From contig CDMY01000426.1 of NCBI GenBank assembly GCA_001179505.1, positions 1-64,000 on the forward strand: a DNA stretch of 64,000 nt, written 5' to 3'. Under the pieces are notes generated by a model. It was not told the DNA's origin. It searched no databases and worked only from the letters and a program-made list of their open reading frames with translations. This document shows, one piece after another, positions 49,201-60,200 of the stretch (the stretch's first letter is position 1; every line of letters starts with the position of its first letter). This stretch comes from Vitrella brassicaformis CCMP3155 (Eukaryota; Protista; Chromerida). The position numbers were made by a program, and so were the translations under genes.

Positions 49201-51137
49201 GGTATGCGGCGTGGCATTCCTATGGCGGTACAGAGACAGCCTGGACGACCACCACACGCGTAGAAGGGTGGGCTTCCTGTATGTCGGGTATCGCAAAAGC
49301 TTCTACTATTGGGATTTCGTGCTGGCCATGAGGCGCGTATTGGTGTTGTTGATAGCACAGCAAGCGACGGCGCAGCCCCGCCAGCAGCTGCTGGGATGGA
49401 CTGTGGTCGCCAGTGTGTGTCTGGCGCTGCAATTCGCTATTTGGCCGTTCGACCGGGGCAGCATGGACATACTCAATCAGTCTGAGCTGCGTGGGCTGCT
49501 GGTGTGGCTCAGGTCGCTGTTCAGCATGCACTTCGTCGTCATGCTGCCCGAGGGGACCTCTCTTGTGCTGACGATCGGCTTCGTGCTGGTGGTGATTGCG
49601 GCCAATCTGGTGCACTACATCATGCTGGTGGCGCAGATATGTCGGTATGGTCTGCTGCATGCCACAAATACACGGCACTCGGTGACCGCAAGAAGGCTAT
49701 CGGTGAGCAGCGGAGCAACACAGAATGACCATCTTTGTTTACCTGCCTGCTGGTGTCGTCTCATATCGTTTCATTTAGCCCGTTTGCTGGCTGGTTGTTT
49801 GACGGGCCCTCTGGTGTCGTGGCTCATCAACAGAGAGGAAGACAAACGGCGCGTCTCGCCCAAGGTCTTCTATGACTGGTCCACCGCGGCCCTCTCTGCC
49901 GACGGCCCCCCCACTGCGTCATGGCGGTGCCTTCCCTCTTTTGGCCGGCCGGTGCATCGTGTGGTGACGGCCATGCAGCTGACGTCAGCCGCCGTGCAGG
50001 ACGCCATTGAGGCACTCAAACTCACACACGTGCCCAGCGACTTGTAAGCACACGAACCGGTGAGGGCTCGTTTAATCCTTCTGCTGTCTATGTGTGTGTA
50101 TGTTGGTTTGTTCAGCCACGAGTTTCTGTGGAGCCACGCTTTCCTGGTGCAGAGCCTGCGACAGAAGCGAGTAGAGACGCGCAGCCGATGGCGAGGCCAT
50201 GTGGTTGTCCATTTGCCCAGACCTGACGACCGCACAGTCACGGTAAGTAAGGCGAAGGAGAGAGGACCCCCGTGTGTGTGGTCGACCAACCCGCGTGGGT
50301 GTCCAGGGTCTGAGGCACATGAAGACGAGCGACCTCTCCAATGTGTTTCGCATTCAACGCTCTAGCGACGGTTGGTTTACTGCCTCCGCAGTGACACGCA
50401 CCACACCTATCGGCTCATGGTGTGAATTGATTTTGATGTGTGCAGTGTCGACGCAATTGGAGGCCGGCAAGACGTCCAACGATGAACCAAGTGGCCAGCC
50501 GGAGCTCTCAGACGTGTCGTCGGGCATCACATTGCACGACCTACAGGCCAACTTGTGCTATGTGGTGGACGAGCTCGGCAGCAGAGAGCAGATGCACCAG
50601 GCGGCTTTAAGGCGGACGGCCGACAGCAGCGATCTGGAGAACGCCGACACCGAGGTCCCGACAGACCAACAGCCGCACACTGGCGGATGGCGGGGGCTCT
50701 ATGAGGCGTTCCGCAAGGCCAAACGAACACTCATCGAGGAGGGCAGCCCACCGGTCAGTGTGAGACAGTCACGTTTGGTGCTCGTGTGTGTCTGTGCATT
50801 TGGTCCCCTGTGTTGTTTGTTCTGCTTCCTGCAGGATGCCATCCCGGAGGTTCTCGCGAGCTTCGCACCCACTGTGGCCACAGTGGTGGAGCCGCCATGT
50901 GGCGATGCAGAGGATGTGCCGATGAGTGGTGAGTCGTCGCCCGTCAGCTCGACCCAATCGCGGCACAGCGACGCTCACACCTCCGCCCTGACGCCCCCCT
51001 GCAACCTAATGCGAGTCGATTGGCATCGGCTGAGCAGTGACGAGAAGGACAGCGTGGCATTGTCTGTGTCAGCCGAGGCCGTCTATGATGCCTGCAGTGG
51101 CCTTTCTGCATCGTGTTCAGCCAACAGTGACGATTGA
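43203..51137 (+). CDS. Receptor-like protein: signal peptide, many plant-type LRRs, Cys-rich EGF/GCC2-GCC3-like repeats, multi-TM C-terminal domain and cytoplasmic tail
   Basis: Signal MSTRWCLMVILVCAAFLALSSSLVACS; LxxLxxLxLxxNxLxGxLP repeats (LSRLVELDLTGNSLTGKLP); CRCLPGYEGIGINCTKCPPGTYS; TM block FIHPTVTKSMLALLRC...LWIAVAGLLLW...GFLYVGYRKSFYYWDFVLAMRRVLVLLI. Confidence 0.88.
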
Positions 51138-51442
51138 TGATGTTTGTCTCCGCCAGAAACGTCGTAGTCGACGTGTCTACTATAGCTGAGTCAATGGCCA
51201 TGGGCACCCGACGGCTTTTTTCATGCTGTGAGTGTGTGAGGGCGCATTCCTTTTCGTCGGTCGAGGGCAATCAATACACTCGATCTGCGCATGTATATAC
51301 ATCGTCGCATCGATCGATCGGGTGTTGTGTAGTGTGAGTCACTTTGGCCGCATTGTTTTGACTGGCTTGGTCGCCTGGAGGCCTTACTTAGGTGCATACA
51401 GTCACTCATTTGTATGGCAGGGGAGAGAGAGAGTCGCATGTG

Positions 51443-54347
51443 CGTCGTGACCGTGATGCGACTCTTAACGGTGTGGAATCCAACCGAGGCAACGCAGCGA
51501 TTGAACATCAACACTCACGTACCAGTCATTGATGTACGAACACATCACCTCAGTATAATGTCTGCGGTCTACGCATCAACGCAGACAGTCAGGCCAGGCA
51601 GCAGCAAACCGACCCACACACCACGCAACACACCGTGTGTGTGCACTGAAGTGAGAGCTTGATGGGCGGTGTTGGTCGCCGCGTCTCTGCCTGCACGCCG
51701 CTTCTGTATGTACACTTCCACCTAGCCGAACTGATCTTTCCCCTACACAGCCGCCTCAATCAAAGCCGCAGGTAGCTACCGTGTCGTTGTCCGCCCTCTC
51801 TGGCCCGCTCGAATCAACCGCCATCCGCAAACACGACTAATCTGACCACGCGCACACACACGTACACATCGAGAGGCAGCCGCATCCACACAGTCAGACC
51901 CGCCCGTATCGTACCTGACTTCATGCCAGCCAGTATGTCTGATCTCCTTCACTGTCACTGGGAAGCGTCCGATGCTCGAGCCGTCAGGAAAGGCGGCACG
52001 GATGGAGGGCAGGACAGCTCGACAGTACGCGAACAAACCAAAAAAGGAGATGTCCACAGTCTGCAGCCCGGGGAAGAGGCTGAAGAGGGCCGACAGGAGG
52101 GTGGATGTGAAAACGGCACGGATGCGACTGCCAGCATCCTCCACAGACACTGAACACACAAGTAGACGAGACAGCAATGGACAAGAGATATGGATCGCAC
52201 GATTGTCTTTGCAAACTCACTCTCATCTAAATCGAACTTGAAACACAGGTTGTCTATCATCGGCAGATTGGTCAGGCCGGCAGCAGCTACCACGATCTCC
52301 TCCGTCCCCAGCTCCCCTGGGTCAATCGACACCTGTCGCACAACCCTCCCGCCCCCCAGCCCACCCAGCACGCCCAGCGCATCAACGGCAGGCGGGCCCA
52401 ATGTTTCGACCTTGGCAACATGATTGGCCAGTTTGTCAGCCAGGAGACGACCGGCACTCACACCCAACCTGTCGTGGATGAGCAGGGTAGTTGCCCTTGG
52501 GAGTGGCTGGAGGTGCTCGATGATGGTGGGCTGAGGCGAGGGGGTGTGGGATGGGGGCGGCTGCTGGAAACTGGCCTGCACGAACACCGCCGCAGCGCGA
52601 TCGAATGAGAGGCTGGAGGCGACGTCGACGGCCGCATCGCTGGGGCTGTCGACGGGGTGGGTGAGGTCATGCTGAGTGATGGTGTAGAACACGCGTGAGG
52701 TCTGGCGCGCGAGGTGCTGCATGATGGTCTTGAAGAGGGGGGAGGGATTGGGGGGGAAATCGTCGCTGTTGAAGATGGACAACTCGAAACTACCCACAAT
52801 CGAGTTCTCGAATATGACTGGTGCGTCGGGTCGGCAGCATGCCCTGTGCAGCGACTCCACCGACTGCATGAGGGGAAGGACACTGCTGTAGACAGAGTAG
52901 AAGCCCATCCGCAGGGTGAGCTGGGTGAGCGACTGGCGGCATCCACGCGACCACAGCGCTGCCTGAAAGGCACACATGATCGAGACCATGAGACAGCAAC
53001 ATATACGTCATCCTTCATATGTATCGGTAGCTAACCCGCAGTCGGTCCACCGCTGCACGAGGGTGGGCAAAATCGCCGCCTAGAAGGACCGTGCCTATGC
53101 ATTCCAGACGTGCCAGGGGCCCCGGCTGCCCGGCCACTGCCACCGGCATGCGCTCAAACGCCGCCGCCCACTCGCCATCCTCAAACGTCCCATCCACACG
53201 CCGCAGCGACTGGGACGAGCCGACGAGCTGTCCCACGGCACTCACACCCCACCCCTACTGGGCAAGGCGCTGGAGTGACGGCATCAGCCACCCTCTGCTG
53301 GCCAGACCGGAATGAGCTAAAGTGACGCCGGTGACAGTCTCGAGGGCATCAAGGGAGGGGGGCGGGTGCAGGGTGGACGGGAGGGGCGGTTGATGTCGCT
53401 GCAGTGACTGCATCTCCCTGCTGCTTAGGTGGGCGCCCTCCAATAATTGGATTGTGTGTCCTCAGCGTGCCGCCCTGCATGCTGGCTGCCCGGCGGCCGG
53501 CAATGTACCCCTCGATCATGGCTATGAAGACGTCGATGCACCAGAGGGCGGCATTCATGGGATAGCGCAAGACGATAGCTGCCAGCCGTGTAAGCCGGGC
53601 CGCCCATTTGGTGACCAGATCCAGAGGGACACGCTGCCAGATGCGCCGCTCGGCCGCGCCACTGCTGTCGATGGTGACGGTGTGATGCTTCGGCAGTGAG
53701 TGCTCCCATGTGTTGCCGGACAGCTGGACGAGTAGACAGAGGGGGAGGAAGGCCGTGATGCAGGTGAGCAGACCCGGCTGCACAAAACGAACACAAACAG
53801 CGACAGTGAGCCATCGCCCGTCCATTGTTGTGTGCGTGATTTCCTCACCGTGTCTGAGATCTTCTGCCTCAGTTCCCTCTCCCTCTCCTCTCTCTGTGCC
53901 CGTCGCCGCCCTTGGTCGCTCGCAGCACCAGGAGTACCAGCAGCAGAAGATGACGGCTCGGCGGTGCGGAATCGATGGGCCTACAACGATACACACAAAC
54001 GAGTGAACGACGCCGACTTACACATCCAGACACACACTATGGCAGGGCGTCCATTCATCGTGCAGCAAAATGCAGCCTCACCTGACGGCCGTCATCGGCA
54101 GTTGCAGCATCAGACATGGTCGTCCATCACACGATGAAGCGAACAGCAGACTTCGCTGCGGATGAAGAACAGACATGTCGACGCCGTTCAACAAAGCACC
54201 TGCAGCATGAGAAAGAATGCTTGTGATGGATGCTTTGCGTCCGTCGCTGTTTGTCCGCCTCCGCGCACACTTACTTGTGTCGTTCATCGGTCTGTCATCG
54301 ATACGTCAATGGAATGCAGTGCATTCTGATCAGCGAGAGCTACGTAG
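51443..54347 (-). repeat. Right (inverted) copy of the ~2.9-kb segmental duplication (partner 5313-8138)
   Basis: Colinear reverse-complement similarity including flanks; similarity stops near 51443 and 54347. Confidence 0.9.
51776..54117 (-). pseudogene. F-box-like/solenoid family member D (paralog of B); 4-nt CA-slippage insertion (53454-53459) and GAG>TAG nonsense (53255-53257)
   Basis: B reads AGGACAATCC where D reads AGGACACACAATCC; B reads CAG GAG GGG TGG where D reads CAG TAG GGG TGG. The 3' half is open and in frame. Confidence 0.9.
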
Positions 54348-54553
54348 AGCCACATCTCGCTGCTGTCAAGCTGCTTTTGGCCTTCGATCGCTGCTGTCAA
54401 GCTCGCAATGGCGCCTTGCTCCCGCCTCCGCTCCGCGCGCAAGACGCCACGGTGAGGGGAGAGGGTTCCCCACATACCGAAAAAATTGAAAGATCTGTGT
54501 GTTTTTGTGTTTGCAGAATCGTGACTTCCCTGCCTACCTGGGTCGGAGGTGTC

Positions 54554-55246
54554 ATGCGTGTCCCTCTGGCCGCCAGCATTGCGTTTCTCTGTGCGTTGAT
54601 GGGCATGGCAGCCACTGGTATCCCTTCAGAAAGGCAGGCCTGCCTCCATGGCCATCGAGATCTTTCAGCACGCTGTCTGTTGTGTGTGTTGCGTTGGTCT
54701 GTGCAGGCGAGTCACCTGGCGAGACGTCTGGCGAGGCAGTCGCTGCTGCTGCTGGCGATGGACAGACCAATCAGCATGGTGTGCACTCACACATGCGACA
54801 CGCCCGTCTCTCTTCACACAGACATTGCACCCCTGATTGATGTGTCTGCATCTCTTTGTCAGATGGCTCCCTCCGCCGAGGCAGAGCGGCAGAGGCTGAC
54901 GAAGCAACTTCAAGGGGGTCATCATATCAACAGACGAGCATGACAGACACATCAAAGCAATCCCTATGTCTGCGTGCCCACAGGCAGGGCTCTCGCTCCG
55001 ACAAGCAGCTTGGTCGAAACAGGTGATGATGATGGCCACCACGGTGAAATCGGCAACAAATATGGCATTGACGATCTTCGAGAGCCGGGCCCTGTCGAAA
55101 CAGGTCATCGCGACCACGTCGAGCCAGACCCACCTGATGACGATTACGAAGACGATGTCCCCAGTGGTGTGTATCTTTCGACACTGTCCTGTCCTGTCCT
55201 GCTGACGATTTTGATCGCCTCCTTGATGTCAGCCTGTTCATGCTGA
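54554..55246 (+). CDS. Small secreted acidic low-complexity protein; 3' end uncertain
   Basis: Signal MRVPLAASIAFLCALMGMAATG; phase-compatible exons GESPGETSGEAVAAAAGDGQTNQH | DGSLRRGRAAEADEATSR | GALAPTSSLVETGDDDGHHG...VETGHRDH...DDDYEDDVPS. Confidence 0.5.
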
Positions 55247-55960
55247 GAGATATGGTGCGGGCAAGGCCGACACTGAGGGCCCATGCGAAAGTCGACAGCA
55301 GGACAGATTATAAGAGTCGACAGCATGGGGACGGCAGCCGTGAGAGGGTTTTCGTGTTTGCGTTGGCTGCCATTTCCAGCACGACACCGTGTCTATCTGC
55401 TCACCCTGACAGAAGTGGTGTAAGCGGGCCGACACGAGAGGGATACGGAAAAGTCGACAGCATACAGTTGCCGTGGATTGATGTGCCTCGAATTAGCCTC
55501 TGAATTCGTCTCTGCGTGTGCGTCTGCGTGTGCGTGTGCGTGTGCGTGTCTGTAACTATGAGGCGTCCTGGTGTGGATTGCTGGCGTGAGAGACTGCTCG
55601 GGTGTCGAGCAAATGCGTGTATAGCTGTTAAGGAGACCGAATGGTGCTCACCGTTTCAAGGCACTCGAGCGCTACACAATCGTCCGTCTGTCGCACCACT
55701 CACACGAACCATGCATTGCAATATAAAAGTGTCTGTCTGTCGGTCTGTCTCCGTCCGTCCGTTGCGGCCAGCCAGCCTGCCTGCCTGCCTGCCTGTCGGC
55801 ATCCATGATCCATCCATCCATCTGTCGAAGGCCGTCCGTCTACCAAGTTATTCACATCACAGACATGCAGCTCACTCGCGTCAGAAGACGAAAAAACCGG
55901 CATGTACATCGGGGGAGGGAGGAGGGAGGGAGGGGGAGAGGGGCTGGGGTGGGTCAATCT

Positions 55961-57174
55961 TCATCTTGAGGATAGCCTGAACGCCGATGAGGCCGCCGTG
56001 TCGTCATCGTCGTCGTCGTCGCGATCGACCAGACCGAAATTCTCCTCGGTCGTCACCTTCACAAAGACAAACGACAGCAGGTACATTTGATACCACCCAC
56101 TTGTTGATGCGTCTACCGGTGTGTATCTGTATGCGTGTCGTGTGGTCATCTTGATCTCGGCCGCCCGCCACGCGATGAGCAGCAGGATCGCGACCACACT
56201 CAGAACAAAAGACCACCCCAACACGCCCCACGCACCCATACCCGTCCTGACAACAACAACATTCACACCACCACACACATAATCAATGCCCCCAGTGTCA
56301 CAATCTTTCTCCCGAATGGACCTGACCTCATTCTAGAGTCTGCCGGTATTGGGTCGCACATGCCGGTGACGGGGTTGATGACGAACCCCTCCCCACAGTG
56401 GATCTCCTGCTCAGCCTTGATGCTCACACCACCAGCCTCACCCAGCCCCGGCAGCCTATCCTGACCGCCGACGGGCTCATGCACTATCACGGGAGGGGGA
56501 GGGGGCGGCGGTGGGGCGGCTGGTGGGAAGGCCGGCGGCCTCCTCGGCTCGTCCTGTTTCCCCCATCCTCCTCCTGCTGCTCCTGGCTGCTCCATGTAGA
56601 CCTCGCCCGGCCGACCTGGACCCCTGTCGCCGGTTGTGGTGCCTCTACCGGATGATGACTCGGATGAGACGCTCCCAGGAGCACCCCCTGGCGGCCTGAT
56701 CGATCACACACACACGGAGGAGAACAACGGACATGATGCGTCTGTCGTCTGTCATTAATGTCTAGATGGCTGTCTGTCTGTCTGTCTCACCGGGCGCCCT
56801 GTTGAGTGTGCCATCCGTCGCCGAGCATCGACGCTGACCATGCAGAAGGAACAGGGGGGCCGCCGGTCCACGGGAGCTTGTCTGGGAAGTCGGGCGTGGT
56901 GGCGATTCTGTAAGTGATGGGCTCCTCTATCACGTAGGGCCGCCCAGTGCCCTCTGACACAAATCCCTGCGTGTCAAAGCCGACAGAATGCATCCCCGGG
57001 GTCTGCCTGTCATGTGTGTGTTGTGCGCTTACGTCGCTGAGTGTGAGAGTAACGGTAGGTGCGAGTGCCTGGAGGACCTCGCCTATCCAGACAAAGTTCC
57101 AGAGGTAGCCGCCCTCCTCCTCCAGACGCAGATAGTCTGACGGCGCCACACGCTGGCCACTCTGATGGAACACA

Positions 57175-57213
<39 letters not shown>

Positions 57214-60200
57214 CCGAATGAATGGATGCAGGAAGCAACAAGGAGCCGGAGCTGCGAAGCATGTGGACCTACCTGGCCTTGAAGCGCGATGAGCCTCTGC
57301 GCTTCAGCCGGGGACGCTTTGGCGGGCGACGAGAATCGAATACTCAGCTGATATACACAGCACACACAAATGGCGTCCATGGCATGCACAGAAACAGCAG
57401 CACGTGTGTCTGTCTGTTGTGGTGCGGCGGTTCTCACCATGAGGTCCTGGCCATACATGAGCGGCATCGACGGCTGGGGGTGCACCGAGACCACCTTAGC
57501 CGATGCAGCCGAGGACACGCCATAGCTGGGGGCGCCCTTCCTAATGACGGGGTAGGTGCTGAAGGAGAACTGCAGCGGGAAACACTGCCGCCCCGAGCCC
57601 GCCCTAAACTGGCCGGGGAAATGGTCGTCAGCGATGCGCGCCTGGTACTTGCCCCTGCAGACAGCAGAAAACGAATCAGAAACGATACGCGGGGATATGT
57701 ATGTGTGTGTGTGTGTGGTGGATGTTACTTGGGCAGGTACAGAGCGACCCATTGTCGTGCGTTGACCGGGCTTGAGGCGCCGTTGACGAAGTCGATTTCG
57801 CTGAACATGATGGACTTGGCTTTGCGGGGGTCGGCGTCGCCGCCGATGATGTCCATCTCCACGTGGGAGAGGAAGAAGTTGTACCCGATAGACGCTATCA
57901 CCACCGAGTCCTGCCACCATGCACACACCCAAACACAGGGGCTCGGTGCCCACATGCCTGTGTCTGTCCGTGCTAAGTGTGCTGTGGTCACCTCTCCTAG
58001 GGTGAAGGGAAGAGTCTCCAGGAAGCCGCCCGCCTCCTGTGCCACGTTTCTCACGCCGCTGTCGTACCCATTCTCCGCCCCGCGACCACTGAGGGCAGCC
58101 GCGGCCACTCGCTGCTGGTCGAACAGCGCGTGGAAGTCCTCCGAGCGGCCCAGACCGTTGTTGGAGCACGACAGCATCTGATGAATTACAAAGACCGTCG
58201 GGATGCGCCTGTGGGTGGTGTGGGGGTGTGGGTGTGTTTGGTGCTGACATTGTCCATGTCTGTTTTTGGGAAAGCGGCGATGGCGAGATCGAAGATGGAA
58301 CATGACTTTTCCATCGCTTCCCTGCACCCATCCATCCATCCATCCATCCATCCACACACACATGTGCATGCGCTTTCTCCCAACACCACACGCCAGACGC
58401 ACCTGTGCTCATGGTGGAAGATGAGCCACACGGATTTCTCCGACAGCGTGAAGATGCGCTCCCACGCCCCGGGCACGTTCCAGTCGAAGTCGGGCTGGAT
58501 GGGCTTGTGGTCGGGACCCACCACATGGAGATTCAGCGAGTTGAGCTCATCCGAAGTCCCAATCGTCACGCCGATCTTCAGAACCAATGTGCGGCCTGCA
58601 TATAGACACGACAGACGCCATGGACGCACGGCGGATGGATGGATGGAGGCGTCTTGGTCTTGGCTGACCTTTTGTGTCGAGGTAGAGTTTCTTCCTGCCG
58701 TCGTGCATGTCGGTGATGACCACCCTCGACCGGATGAGCAGTCTGCCGTTGGAGTCCACCGGCCCGCCCAGCACCGCCGCGCCCCCATCGCCCCCACTCA
58801 GGTCAAGCGGCAGCGGCATCGCGCCATAGGACACACACTCGCGGCTCGTTCCTATCAACACAATCGCGCACATGTGGTTGTGTGGTGTTAGGAAGGTGTT
58901 AGGAAGGCACCTACCTGGTGAGTCTCTGCTGAGCGGTGTGAGCGAGATGAGTGACGAGAAGGCCACGCAGAAGGGGAACTTGACGGGTGGCGGCTCCGGC
59001 TGTGAGATCTGGACGTGGTAGGTGCCTGGGGGCACCTCGATGCGGAGGGCGTTGATCATGGCCCGCTGCTCGCCCACCCATAGCCCTTCTGGCACGTGCA
59101 CACCTATCCTGTGAAGCAAGGCAACACAACAACAGCACAGAGGTGCGCAGGGGAGTGTGTGCATGTGGGTGTTGGGGCGAGGGGGAGGGGCAGGGGTGTC
59201 TGTGTGTCGTACCTGACGAATTGGAGCAGGAATGGGGATCCCAGCTCGATGTAGAGGAGGGAGGGGACCTTGGCCTGCACCGGCACCTCCATCAGCTGAC
59301 CCTGGCGATAGACACGTCACACACACAGAAGAAATGCACTTGTGTCTATCGGCGCTGAATGATGTGCAGGTTGACCTTGTTCTGAGCAAAGTTATGGTCG
59401 AGCCTGATATTGGTGTAGCCCTGAAGGAATCGACACACGGCATGAAAACACCCTTCTGTGCCCTCTTGTGCTGGCGCACCGTTGACCATTCCGTCTGCTG
59501 CTGCCCTACAAGCGCGCCCGAGCCACTGCCCGGCACCGGCAGGGTGGGCACCGTCGCCGAGCACCCCTCCTTGCTCGCAGAATGTGCGTCAGCCTCCAGC
59601 CGATCCAACGCCGACATGCCTGCATAGATAGGATCACACACACACACACACAAGTGCGTGTGTGTACACATACACACACACAAGTGCGTGTGTGTGGGGG
59701 ACACACAAGTGCGTGTGTGTGTGGGGTGTGGTGATTGCTCGGCGACTCACCTAGGGTGACGAGGAAGGCCTCTGTAGCCTGGACGTCTATTCTGTAGTAG
59801 CCCGGCTGCAGCACCGCCACCATGTGGCCTAGGCTGTCGGACTCGGCTATCTGGCTGCCGCCGTCCATCACACGGACGTGGATGTGCGCATTGGACAGAT
59901 CCGCCGGCTCGCACACAAACCTGTTGACCGCAGAGAGACATGCACACACATGGATGTGATGCTCAAATGGCCTGCCTTTGTGTGTGCCTTGTTTCTGACC
60001 TGATGAGCGTGGGTTTCTGTATCTGCAGCTCAGTGGTCTTGACTTTGTCGAAGGTGAAGATGTTGGTCGACAGCACCGGGGCGTCTGGCAACGACAGGTA
60101 GCCCACCATGTTGAGCGACTGACACATCCACCGTACAACACCACACACAGAACAACGCACTGACAGAGCTGTTCCATCGCTCTCCTTTGTCGACTCACCG

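Noticed and set aside
56787-58526. 579-aa and other long ORFs in the six-frame track
   Set aside because: They are mosaics of exons and stop-free GC-rich introns read partly out of frame; the true product needs splicing.
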